A DNA stretch of 43,497 nucleotides from Ignisphaera sp. (GTDB taxonomy: Archaea > Thermoproteota > Thermoprotei_A > Sulfolobales > Ignisphaeraceae): positions 1 through 43,497 of the forward strand of contig JAWBDT010000016.1 in NCBI GenBank assembly GCA_038821645.1, given 5' to 3'. Positions 9,227 to 20,200 of this stretch are shown one piece after another (the stretch's first letter is position 1; each line of letters starts with the position of its first letter). The notes below the pieces were generated by a model. The model saw only the letters and a program-made list of their open reading frames with translations, searched no databases and was not told the DNA's origin. The position numbers and the translations under genes are program-made.

Positions 9227-10495
9227 CTAATACCATTGAACATCATCTCTTTCTCCATCATATAGACCTACAATCTTCCATTCGTACCTATCATCAACCT
9301 TGACCACAGTCCAAATATCATAATAAGCTAATGCTCTATCACCATTTTCGTCAAGTGCTATTTTTCCTGAAGCACCTTCGTAGTCAGCAAGTACTTCAGG
9401 CAACTTGTTTTTAACAGCTACAGCATCGTATTCACCAACGCTATCTAGTGCTAAAGCTATTGTCCAAGCTATATCATATGCAAAGTACGTATAACCCATA
9501 GGATCTCTACCAAGTTTTTCTCTAATCACATTTCTTACAACTTCAGACTTAGGTGAGGCACCTGGAGAGGCCATAGTGTTCAAGAACTTTACCTCTACAA
9601 CGATATCAGCTATACCTGGATCAAGTAACTGCACTATGTTTGCTGTACCATCAGAGCCTTGCCATACTACCTCGCTTAGTATTGCATAACCTTTTGCAGC
9701 AGCAAAAACACTCGCAGCTTCTTCAAATGATATCAGTAGTACACCAACCCTATCTCTTCCATATTTTCCTGTAGCATCGCTAACTAATGCAGCTAATTGT
9801 GAGACTTCTGCTGAAAATTCTTTAGCTGATGGATCGTACCTTATGCCAGGCTCTATAACACCACAACTTTCACCACTAGCTCTACATATCTCCTTAAACC
9901 TATCTATAGCAGCTCTTGCAAGACCATCACCCCATGTATCCCCCCTCCATATAGGTATAAGCCATCTAATTCCTCTATTCCACATAATCCTGGCTATAGC
10001 TTTTCCTTGATACTGATCCGGCGGCGCATAACGTAGAGCCATATCTGGGAGAGATAGTGCAGGTGATGTTGATGATGGCGATATAATGAGTATATTGTTA
10101 GTATTACAGTAGCTTAATGCTTCAGAAAGTTCTGCACTAGAGATGCCACCTATAAATATCTTTACACCTGCTGCATGTAGCGCCATAAGCTTCTCTAGAT
10201 GTGTTCTAGGATCTCCAGCAGTATCCTCTACAACAAACTTTATTCTCCATGTTCTACCTTTGGAAGCCAGATAATCGTTTATTTCTCTTTCAGCATACTC
10301 TATAGCTGTTTTGAGCTCTGCAGCGAATGACGAAAGCGGTCCAGAGAGTGGAAGAAGTGCACCTATCTTTACTTCCCCACTTAGTTTATATTGTGTAGGT
10401 GGTGATAACGACATTTGGTAGTACAGTATTCCTCCAGCTATTGCTACAATAACTATAGCTACAATTAACGCATAGAGAACAGTTTTGCTCACCAT
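9227..10495 (-). CDS. LIV-family (type I periplasmic-binding fold) substrate-binding protein with N-terminal membrane anchor
   Basis: N-terminal hydrophobic helix, VKIGALLPLSG, ISPSSTSPALS and GASGKIALDENGDR. Confidence 0.85.
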   Translation of the reverse strand: MVSKTVLYALIVAIVIVAIAGGILYYQMSLSPPTQYKLSGEVKIGALLPLSGPLSSFAAELKTAIEYAEREINDYLASKGRTWRIKFVVEDTAGDPRTHLEKLMALHAAGVKIFIGGISSAELSEALSYCNTNNILIISPSSTSPALSLPDMALRYAPPDQYQGKAIARIMWNRGIRWLIPIWRGDTWGDGLARAAIDRFKEICRASGESCGVIEPGIRYDPSAKEFSAEVSQLAALVSDATGKYGRDRVGVLLISFEEAASVFAAAKGYAILSEVVWQGSDGTANIVQLLDPGIADIVVEVKFLNTMASPGASPKSEVVRNVIREKLGRDPMGYTYFAYDIAWTIALALDSVGEYDAVAVKNKLPEVLADYEGASGKIALDENGDRALAYYDIWTVVKVDDRYEWKIVGLYDGERDDVQWY

Positions 10496-10610
10496 GTTGT
10501 CACCAGATTTGTGTTTATACTTATTGAAACTTATTTAAAGGGTATATAAGGTTTTAATATTTTAACGAAGTCTATCAAACTTTTTAACCGTACTATAGCT
10601 TAATAAGCTG

Positions 10611-11576
10611 GTGTTATTGTTATTTGCTAAAACCAACTTGGTGTATACGATGTTAGATGTAACGCTAATAGTAAAGGCTATAGTGTATTCAATAAGTATA
10701 GCTCTAGGTGCTGCAGGTATAACCTTGATCTATACTGCCACAAAAACATTTAATTTTGCTCATGCATCAATGGTTGGATGGGGTGTATATATAGTATTCA
10801 CATTCCTATATTTCTACGGTGGAATACCCCATGTGTATTTACCTATAGCTTTTCTGTTCTCTGGAGCTCTAGGCATTATAACATACCTATTGGTGAACAG
10901 ACGTTTAATCATGGTTAAAGCTTCTGACATAAACCTCATGATGTCTACCTTAGGTGTAGACCTGATCTATTTTGCCTTCCTTAACATATTTGCCGATTAC
11001 CTTATGTATACACATAAAATTGGTATCGCAAAGAACTTTGTTTTAGAGGCACGCGATATTGAACTAAATGTATATGGAGCTAATATAAAGTTAACCTGGA
11101 TTATATCGCCAATAGTATTGGTAACCGTGTTTGTATGGCTATATATGCTATTCACAAGAACTAGACTAGGAATCGCTATGAGAGCAACTATAGAAAATCC
11201 TGAACTTGCTCAACTCCAGGGAATTAATCCAGATATAGTCTATCTCTTGTCATGGTTTATAGGCGGAGGTATGGCTGGATTAGCTGGCGGTATACTAGCA
11301 ATGATTTTCACAGGCAGACCAAGTATAGGAATGGAGACTGTAGTAACATTTTTTGCAGGCTCAATTGTTGGAGGACTATATACAGTATATGGAAGCTTTA
11401 TTGGAGGATTTCTTGTAGGTTTAAGTGAATACCTTATACCGTCTCTATTAGCACCAGTTATAGGTAGCTGGATATATTCTTTCAAGATGGTTATACCATT
11501 GATTATAATGGTTGTAACCCTGCTTCTTCAGCCATCAGGTCTAGGGATGCTAATAGAAAAGGTGATAAAACGATGA
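10611..11576 (+). CDS. livH: LIV-type ABC permease (LivH-like); likely start ATG 10650
   Basis: GITLIY..FNFAH and TRLGIAMRA..EN..A...GIN; hydrophobic. Confidence 0.85.
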   Translation: MLLLFAKTNLVYTMLDVTLIVKAIVYSISIALGAAGITLIYTATKTFNFAHASMVGWGVYIVFTFLYFYGGIPHVYLPIAFLFSGALGIITYLLVNRRLIMVKASDINLMMSTLGVDLIYFAFLNIFADYLMYTHKIGIAKNFVLEARDIELNVYGANIKLTWIISPIVLVTVFVWLYMLFTRTRLGIAMRATIENPELAQLQGINPDIVYLLSWFIGGGMAGLAGGILAMIFTGRPSIGMETVVTFFAGSIVGGLYTVYGSFIGGFLVGLSEYLIPSLLAPVIGSWIYSFKMVIPLIIMVVTLLLQPSGLGMLIEKVIKR

Positions 11577-12652
11577 TAGAGTTAAACCCAATCATAGAGC
11601 TCATAATCCTCAATTTCTCGATAGGGTTGATAGTGACTATAAGCTTGAATATAGAGGTAGGTTTCTTAAGAATTCCACAATTTGGAAGACTTCTAGCCGT
11701 TATTGCTGGAGCTATAACTGTTGCAGCTGTACCTGGCAGAATTCTTGCGTTATACTTAGGGCTACCTGCAGGTATTGAATATTCTGATCATATGTACAAT
11801 GCCAGGATAGTTCTCCAAATCGATAACTGGTTATCTCAAAATCCTCTACTGTCTGTATGCATTTTCTTATTCTCACTAATTTTAGCAGCAATTATTGGAG
11901 GCATTATCGGATATCTATGTGCCTATCCTGCTATTCGATTAAAAGGTGCTTACCTAGGTATAACATTGCTAACCTTTGGAGAAATACTAGCTAGTATTGC
12001 ATGGAATTATCCGCATCTTGTAGGAGGTACAACAGGTATATTCGTCATAAATCCATTCAAGTTCATAGGAAAAGGTGTTTCTTCCTTAATAACGTTAACC
12101 ATCTTAGCTGTAGCTATACTCCTCTTTATATACTCAGAACTGCTCGCAAGATCACCATTTGGTAGAATGCTTAAAGCTATCAGAGATTCTGAAGTAGCAG
12201 CGGAAGTGTATGGTAAAGATGCTGTTAAAGCTCGATCACAAACGTTAATTATAGGTGGAGCTATAGCTGCCGTAGCTGGTGCTTTATGGACTTTCTATAC
12301 AGGTAGTATGAAAGCTGCAACATATACTCGACTAACATGGACTTTCTGGCCTTGGGCTTTCATGATGCTTGGAGGTGTTGGTAATAATCTTGGGATATTC
12401 GTGGGGGTGTTACTGTTTACATTTACGAGAATAGGCATAATTCTATACAAACATCAGCTAGGAAACATATTGCCTATAGCTACAGAATGGCTTGAGTATA
12501 TACTGGTTGGTCTAGCTATAATTGTCATAATACTATTTAGACCTCAAGGCCTTATACCAGAGAGACCTACATTAACGCTTTCACGTCAAGATATCGAGGT
12601 AATAAAGAGAAGAGTTATTGAATCCTCAGATACTAAGACTAATTCAAATTAG
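11573..12652 (+). CDS. livM: LIV-type ABC permease (LivM-like)
   Basis: RLKGAYLGITLL, SPFGRMLKAIRD and FRPQGL. Confidence 0.85.
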   Translation: MIELNPIIELIILNFSIGLIVTISLNIEVGFLRIPQFGRLLAVIAGAITVAAVPGRILALYLGLPAGIEYSDHMYNARIVLQIDNWLSQNPLLSVCIFLFSLILAAIIGGIIGYLCAYPAIRLKGAYLGITLLTFGEILASIAWNYPHLVGGTTGIFVINPFKFIGKGVSSLITLTILAVAILLFIYSELLARSPFGRMLKAIRDSEVAAEVYGKDAVKARSQTLIIGGAIAAVAGALWTFYTGSMKAATYTRLTWTFWPWAFMMLGGVGNNLGIFVGVLLFTFTRIGIILYKHQLGNILPIATEWLEYILVGLAIIVIILFRPQGLIPERPTLTLSRQDIEVIKRRVIESSDTKTNSN

Positions 12653-12687
12653 ATGAACTATTACTTAATGGTTACCCATACTATGTG

Positions 12688-13395
12688 TTATCTATCTGAG
12701 TTGGTTACTGAGCCTTGGTTTATTGTTAATAATTTCTTAGATATGTCTATATGTTTTGAGAGAACTTGAAATGCTTTAATTAGATCTTCTCTTGATACAA
12801 CTATTATTGTGTCTGTATAGCATGATTCTATATGGACTATATTTATGCCATTGAGTGCAAGTATGTTGGTTATATAGGAGAGTACACCGGGGGTATACAT
12901 GATCTCTATCGGACTCACAATGACTATTGCTGAATAATCTCTCTGGATATTCATGATATCATCTTTGTTGAGTCTAGATATTATTTCTTCAGATGACTCA
13001 TTATCTAGAATTACTGTTGTCACAAGTATGCTTTGCATTATTGCTAGAAATCTAGATCTTGTGGAGAGAAGTGGTATGTATTGAGCTATTCTAGAAAAAG
13101 CTGCATTTCTTATAGTCACTATGGTTATCCCTGTTCTAATTTCAATGCTAGATTTAGCCAACACTTGGGCTACATCTCTTTTCAGTATATTGAATTCTTT
13201 GAATATTTTTTCAGCAAACCTTATTAAAGCCATCTTAATAGTGTCTACTGATACATCATGACCAATGGCTTCACTTACCAATGGCTTCAATTTTTTCGAT
13301 AGTTTTGTATAATTTACTATGTCGTTAAGTATACATTGAAAAGTAGATGGATCTGAAGATACTATCTCTTTAACTATATGGGATATTGAGCTCAT
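12688..13395 (-). CDS. ACT-domain protein with helical N-terminal domain, putative amino-acid-sensing regulator
   Basis: C-terminal TPGVLSYITNILALNGINIVHIESCYTD is ACT-like; N-terminal VNYTKLSKKL..DTIKMALIR is helix-turn-helix-like; divergent from argG. Confidence 0.65.
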   Translation of the reverse strand: MSSISHIVKEIVSSDPSTFQCILNDIVNYTKLSKKLKPLVSEAIGHDVSVDTIKMALIRFAEKIFKEFNILKRDVAQVLAKSSIEIRTGITIVTIRNAAFSRIAQYIPLLSTRSRFLAIMQSILVTTVILDNESSEEIISRLNKDDIMNIQRDYSAIVIVSPIEIMYTPGVLSYITNILALNGINIVHIESCYTDTIIVVSREDLIKAFQVLSKHIDISKKLLTINQGSVTNSDR

Positions 13396-13411
13396 TGTTC
13401 TAACCAGAACA
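13396..13411. promoter_or_regulatory. perfect inverted repeat TGTTCT-AACC-AGAACA abutting the ACT-gene start
   Basis: Read directly from the sequence in the ACT/argG divergent region. Confidence 0.55.
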
Positions 13412-13495
13412 TATTATGATCTAGATAGTTATATATGTATCGCCAGATAGAAAAATCTGTTATCTATAACCAATAGGAGTATAGAGTGTACTGCA

Positions 13496-14701
13496 ATGAG
13501 GATTGTATTAGCCTATTCAGGTGGATTAGATACTTCAACAATACTTGTCCTACTTAGAAAAAAATATAATGCTGATGTCATTACGGTAACAGTTGATGTA
13601 GGTCAAGAAGAAGAGCTAAAAAATATTGAAGAAAGAGCATATAGTCTTGGAGCAATAAAGCATTACACAATAGATGCAAAAAGAGAGTTTGTTGAGAATT
13701 ATGTGTTTAAGGCTATAAAAGCAAATGCTCTTTACGAAGGTAAGTACCCTCTTGGAACAGCACTAGCTAGACCACTTATAGCAGAGAAAATTGCTGAAAT
13801 AGCTATTAAGGAGAATGCGGATGCTGTTGCTCATGGCTGTACAGGTAAGGGAAATGATCAAATCAGATTTGACTTAACATTGAAAGCCTATTTAAAGCAC
13901 GATATAAAGATTATCGCACCTGTAAGAGAGCTTAGATTAACTCGAAGTGAGAACATAAAGATACTTAGCGAGTATGGATATGAGGTATCTGTATCTCATA
14001 AGAAGTACAGTATTGATGAGAATCTATGGACAAGAAGTATAGAAGGAGGGGTTCTAGACGATCCTTATGCAGAGCCTCCTGAAGAAGTTTTTGAATGGAC
14101 TATGAATCCTGAAAAAGCACCAAATGAACCTCTGTACCTTACGATAGAGTTTGATAAAGGGATTCCATATAAAATCAATGGTGAGAAAATAGATTGTGTT
14201 GAACTAGTTAAATTTCTAAATAAGACGTTGGGTATGCATGGCTATGGAAGAATAGATATGATTGAAAGCAGAGTTATAGGACTGAAGAGCAGAGAAGTAT
14301 ATGAAGCACCTGCTGCTCTAGCCTTAATAGAGACTCATCAAGATCTTGAGAGAATGATCTTAACACCTAAAGAGCTTAGGTTCAAGCGTTCAGTAGATGA
14401 AATGTGGAGCGATCTTGTGTATCAAGGACTTTGGATAGATCCTATGAGAATTCATCTAGAGAGGGTTATAGATTCTATCAACAATTATGTTTCAGGCGAG
14501 GTTAAAATCAAAGTCTATAAAGGAACGCTAAGAATTGTTGGAAGAAGAAGTCCATACTCACTATATTCACAAGAACTCATAGACTATAACACAGGTTGGT
14601 ATCCTTCTGATGCAGAAGCAAGAGGATTTATATCAATCCACGGATTCTATGCACTTTCAGCCTCTAGAATCAGAGGTTTACCAAAAGATGAAAAGATATA
14701 A
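13496..14701 (+). CDS. argG: argininosuccinate synthase
   Basis: LAYSGGLDTS, HGCTGKGNDQIRF, SIDENLW and KSREVYEAP. Confidence 0.97.
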   Translation: MRIVLAYSGGLDTSTILVLLRKKYNADVITVTVDVGQEEELKNIEERAYSLGAIKHYTIDAKREFVENYVFKAIKANALYEGKYPLGTALARPLIAEKIAEIAIKENADAVAHGCTGKGNDQIRFDLTLKAYLKHDIKIIAPVRELRLTRSENIKILSEYGYEVSVSHKKYSIDENLWTRSIEGGVLDDPYAEPPEEVFEWTMNPEKAPNEPLYLTIEFDKGIPYKINGEKIDCVELVKFLNKTLGMHGYGRIDMIESRVIGLKSREVYEAPAALALIETHQDLERMILTPKELRFKRSVDEMWSDLVYQGLWIDPMRIHLERVIDSINNYVSGEVKIKVYKGTLRIVGRRSPYSLYSQELIDYNTGWYPSDAEARGFISIHGFYALSASRIRGLPKDEKI

Positions 14702-16097
14702 GGTTCTTGTTGGAGGTGTATCTAAAGATTCTATCGATAGTTATGTATCAAGCATAGATTTCGATAAAAAATTAGCTAAATACGTAGCTATGGTTATGTT
14801 GGCTCACTTAAAGAATCTGGTAAATAGTCATCTAATAACTATAGAAACAGCCAAGAAGATTTCTTACGAACTTATAAAAATTATTGAAACCGAAGGAAGG
14901 AGACTATATGAGTGGATAGAAAAAAGGGAAGAAAAGTTTGAAGATGTTTTTGAAGCTCTTGAAATCTATCTATTTAGTGTTGTGGGTGAGGATGCGGGCA
15001 GAATTGCTATAGGTAGAAGTAGAAACGATCATATATCTGCTGTACTAAGGCTGTCTATAAGAGACCACATGATTAAGCTATTGCTCAAGCTTCTAGATTT
15101 AAGAGAAGCCTTTATCGATAAAAGTAACAAATATAGAGAAACCTTATTCCCATTTTTTACACATGCACAGTTAGCTCAATGTGGTAGCGCTACACTCTAC
15201 TTCTTGACTTATGAATATGCATTTAGTAATGTATGGAAAATACTTCTAGAATTACTAGAGCTCGTTAATCAAAATCCTCTTGGTTCTGGAGCTTCTGCTG
15301 GTACCTCAGTTCCACTCAATAAAGATGTTTTTGCAAAACTCTTGTGTTTTGATTCAACACCTCTACCACCTTATTATGCCACAGGATCAAGACTGTTCAT
15401 GTTGTCTGTAGCCTCTATATTCACAATTCTTATGGCCGAGATAGGGAGATTTGTGGAGGATATGATGATAATGAACAACATTGTTCCTCATGGTCTAGAA
15501 GTTCCTAGAGAACATATATCGACAAGTAGTATAATGCCACATAAAAGGAATCTAGTTACACTTGAGATTGCAAGAGCTAAGGTCTCTAGAGCTATAGGGC
15601 TCTTAACAGCTCTTTTATCGAGCTACAAGTCTGTTCCCTATGGATACAACTTAGATTTCCAGGAGATGAATATCTATTTCTACGAACTAGTTAAAGATCT
15701 AGATAGCACACTAGAAATAATTACTGATTTTATAAAAGGTTTAGAGATCAATAGCGATGCTATTAATAAGTACCTTAGCGATAAACCTTGCTGGAGTAGT
15801 GATATAATAGAGTATATATCCATTAACACAAACATACCTGTAAGAAACCTATACGCTAGACTAGCTGAAGCTCTTCAAGAATATTGGAGAAACAATACAG
15901 ATCCATTAAAATCGTTCCTCAAATCCTATGGACTTGAACTTGCTGATGTGTGGAAAATAGTGAAACAGAAACCTATAGAAAAAGAGCTCGATGTATTAAT
16001 GAATTTAGCTCGAGAGCGTATTGCTAGAGATTATGAAAGAGTCAAGCAGATCAATACAGTTTTAATGCAATGTAGCGAAGAGCTTATAAAGATCTAA
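14688..16097 (+). CDS. argH: argininosuccinate lyase
   Basis: GRSRND, THAQLAQ, PLGSGA, SSIMPHKRN and YNLDFQE; start placed at ATG 14688 overlapping the argG end (ORF track gives 14610). Confidence 0.9.
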   Translation: MKRYKVLVGGVSKDSIDSYVSSIDFDKKLAKYVAMVMLAHLKNLVNSHLITIETAKKISYELIKIIETEGRRLYEWIEKREEKFEDVFEALEIYLFSVVGEDAGRIAIGRSRNDHISAVLRLSIRDHMIKLLLKLLDLREAFIDKSNKYRETLFPFFTHAQLAQCGSATLYFLTYEYAFSNVWKILLELLELVNQNPLGSGASAGTSVPLNKDVFAKLLCFDSTPLPPYYATGSRLFMLSVASIFTILMAEIGRFVEDMMIMNNIVPHGLEVPREHISTSSIMPHKRNLVTLEIARAKVSRAIGLLTALLSSYKSVPYGYNLDFQEMNIYFYELVKDLDSTLEIITDFIKGLEINSDAINKYLSDKPCWSSDIIEYISINTNIPVRNLYARLAEALQEYWRNNTDPLKSFLKSYGLELADVWKIVKQKPIEKELDVLMNLARERIARDYERVKQINTVLMQCSEELIKI

Positions 16098-16119
16098 ATG
16101 AAAGAGTAGGTGAGGGTTT

Positions 16120-17297
16120 TTGATTTACACATCTATAGCCAAGATATGGTGTAGAGAAACAGGACTTAGAGCGAGACTACTACTAGAGGATGGTACAGCA
16201 GTAGAGGGTTGTGGCTTTGGATACGCTGATACAAGAGTTGGTGAAATTGTTTTCTCGACAGGTATGACAGGTTATACAGAAGCTTTAACTGATCCTAGTT
16301 TTGCAGGTCAAATACTTGTGTGGACACATCCTATGGTTGGTTGCTATGGAGTTCCAACTACAAAGCACTCAATAGCTGATGTGCCAATAAATTTTGAATC
16401 AGATAGAATCCAGGTTGAAGGATTTATAGTAACATTTCTACCACCTCCAAATCATTATCTAAGTGTAGCATCATTAAATGAATGGTTAAGAAATTCACAA
16501 GTTCCAGGTATGTATGAAGTCGATACTAGGGCTCTTGTCAAGAAGCTACGAGAATACGGAGTTATGATGGGTGTACTATCTGTTTTTCCCGAGAATGAAG
16601 TTATCGAATGGACAGAGCTTGAAAAGAAGTTGAAAATAGTTGAAAGATACGATTTGAAAGATTTCACATACCTAGTATCACCAAGAACTACAATAGTTCA
16701 CGAACCCCCATCAAGACCCGAAGCAACTATAGCTGTACTTGATTGTGGTATAAAGTATGGTATAATTAGGTGGCTTCTGAGTCTAGGTTTTAGAGTAGTT
16801 AGATTCCCATGCTGGTCATCAGCTAGCGAATTACTTGAAGCTGGAGATGGTATAGTTGTCAGCAATGGTCCTGGAAACCCAGTGGTACTCAAAAAACAAA
16901 TTGATACAGTAAAAGAAATAGTCTATTCTGGAAAACCTGTACTAGGTATATGTCTAGGTATGCAACTAATTTCACTAGCTCTAGGTGCTGAAACATACAA
17001 GCTCAAGTATGGTCATAGAGGGCCAAATAAAGGCGTAATAGATGTGCTAACTAAGAAGGGATATATAACTACACAAAATCATGGTTATGCCGTGAAAGAA
17101 AAGAAGATTTGCTTGACAATGCCGAACTTGTAGTATGGTTTAAGAACATAGATGATGAATCGATTGAGGGTGTAGTACATAAAAAGTTGCCAGTAATAGC
17201 TACACAATTTCATCCAGAGGGTGGTCCAGGGCCTCACGATACTGTATGGATTTTTGAAAAATTTAAGAAGATGGTTATGAACCATGGAAATGCCTAG
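16120..17297 (+). pseudogene. carA: carbamoyl-phosphate synthase small subunit, interrupted by a frameshift near 17095-17105 (pseudogene, recoding site or sequencing error)
   Basis: Frame 1 has GEIVFSTGMTGY, SNGPGNP, GICLG and QNHGYAV, then stops at 17133. The -1 frame continues to ATQFHPEGGPGPHD and stops at 17297, overlapping carB. Confidence 0.85.
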
Positions 17298-20200
17298 AAA
17301 GGTTCTGATAATAGGTTCAGGATCTATTAAAATTGCTGAAGCTGCTGAATTTGATTATAGCGGTAATCAGGCACTCAAAGCTGTGAAGGAAGAAGGTATA
17401 GAGGTTATTTTAGTTAACCCCAACATAGCTACTATACAGACTAGTTACAAGTTTGCTGATAAAGTATACTTACTACCACTAAAGCCTGATTTCGTGGCTA
17501 GAGTTATTGAAAGAGAGCTTCCAGATGGAATCATGGTTGGATTCGGTGGACAGACAGCTCTCAGCTTAGGTGTAAAGCTCTATGATGATGGTGTACTAGA
17601 TAAATATGGTGTTAAAGTTCTTGGTACACCTATTGAAGGTATAAGAAGAGCTCTATCTAGAGACCTCTTCCAAAAAACTGCAAAAAAGTTCGGCATCCCT
17701 ATACCACCAAGTAGAGCTGTATATAGTGTTGAGGAAGCTCTAGAAACTGCTGAAGAATTTGGTTATCCAGTTATGGTTAGAGTAAGCTTTAATCTTGGTG
17801 GTGCTGGAAGCTTTGTTGCATGGAATAAGAATGATCTTCGGAAAAGAGCTATTGCCGCATTTGCTCAATCTGAGATAGGTGAAATACTTGTTGAAAAATA
17901 TCTTCACCACTGGAAAGAGATAGAATTCGAGATTGTTAGAGATGCTTATGATAATGTTGCAGCAATAGCGTGTATGGAGAATCTAGATCCCATGGGGGTA
18001 CATACAGGTGAGTCAATAGTCATAGCCCCTTGTCAAACACTTACCGATTATGAATATCAACTCACTAGAAACCTGTCTATAGCTACTGAAAGAGCTATCA
18101 TGCTTATTGGTGAAGGAAATGTACAAGTAGCTTTAAATCCATGGAATAGCGAAGAAGCATATGTAATAGAAACTAATCCGAGAATGTCTAGAAGTAGTGC
18201 ATTGGCTAGTAAAGCTACAGGTTATCCTCTAGCCTACATAGCTGCTAAACTGGCTCTAGGCTATAAACTCTATGAAATTATGAATAAGGTAACAAGAAAA
18301 ACTTCTGCATGTTTTGAGCCTAGTCTAGATTATGTAGTTATAAAGGTTCCTAGATGGGATTTAGACAAATTTGAGTATGTTAATAAATCTATAGGAACAG
18401 AAATGAAAAGCGTTGGAGAGGTTATGGCTATTGGTAGAACATTTCAAGAAGCTTTACAGAAAGCTTTACGCATGTTAGATATCGGCGAACCAGGTGTTGT
18501 TGGAGGTCCTGTCTACGAGGATGACAGTATATCACTTGATTATATAATGGATAAGCTTAGGAAGAGAGAACCTTACTGGCCTATATGGGTAGCAAAAGCC
18601 TTTAAGCATGGAGTAGATGTTGATACAATTTATGAGATAACAGGTATAGATAAACATTTCCTCAAACAGATTAAAGAGATAGTAGACTTTTATGAGGAAT
18701 TGAAGAGAAGCTCTAAGAATAACTACCTACTACCATTAATTATAGCTGAAGCTAAAAGAATGGGATTTAGTGATGAACAGATATCTAGAGCATTAGGTAT
18801 GTCAGCTGACGACATTAGATCATTTAGAAAGAAGTACGGTATAGAGCCTGTTGTTAAACAGATAGACACATTGGCTGCTGAATGGCCTGCTCAAACCAAT
18901 TATCTGTATCTAACGTATAACGGTTGGGAACATGATGTATCGTTTAACAGCATAAAGCCTAAGATAATCATTCTAGGTGCTGGAGGCTTTAGGATAGGTG
19001 TAAGTGTAGAATTTGATTGGAGTATAGTCACATTTACAGATGAAGCAAGATCTCTTGGATACGAAGTAATAGTCATAAACTACAATCCTGAGACTGTTTC
19101 TACAGATTGGGATATAAGCGATAAGCTTTATTTCGACGAGATAACAGTTGAACGTGTTTTAGACATATATGAACTCGAGAATCCTAAAGGTGTTGTAGCT
19201 TTCCTGGGTGGGCAAATATCAAATAATATAGCATGGGCTTTAGAGAAAAGAAAAGTACTGCTCTTAGGTACACCAGGTATAAGTGTTCATAGAGCTGAGA
19301 ACAGAGCTCTATTCAGTGAGCTACTAGACAAACTAGGAATCAAACAACCTAGGTGGGTAGCAGCTACAAACATCAAGGAAGTGATAAAGTTTATTGAAGA
19401 CGAGGGATTTCCCGTACTTGTTAGACCTAGCTATGTTCTTAGCGGATCCTCTATGGCTATAGCAAATAGTCTTAATGAAGTACTAGAGTTTATATCTAGA
19501 GCTGCAAAAATATCCCCCAAGTATCCTGTAGTTGTCTCGAAATTTATTGAGAACGCTATTGAATTCGAATTCGATGGTGTTGGTCTTAGGGATAGTGTTG
19601 TTGGTGCATTTATTGAGCATATAGAGCCTGCAGGTGTCCATAGCGGTGATGCCACAATGGTTTTACCACCTCGATACTTACCAAAAGAAGCACTAAAGAA
19701 GGCTGCAGATATAGTTATGAAGCTTAGTACTGAACTGGATATAAAAGGACCTTTCAATCTACAGATGCTCTATAAAGATGGTGAAGTCTATGTGATAGAA
19801 CTTAACTTGAGAGCTAGTAGATCTATGCCCTTTACAAGCAAAGTTACAGGGTATAATTTAATGAAAGCTGCAGCAGAAGTGGCTTTAAAAGATAGACTAA
19901 GCAATATTGTTGAACTTCATAAACTTAATGTACTCAAACCCAAATGGTATGGCATTAAATCACCGCAATTTTCATGGTCTAGATTAAGAGGTTCCTATCC
20001 CTTCTTAGGACCTGAGATGAGGAGCGTTGGAGAAGTAGCATGTATTGCTGATGCATATGAAGAGGCATTAATTATGAGTTGGCTTAGTGTTCAAGGAAAT
20101 AGACTACCTGAAAAGAAGGAGAAGATACTGGTGTATACACCTTCAGGATATGTTGATATACTTAATGAAGCAGCAAAAATATTGCTAGAGATAGGATACA

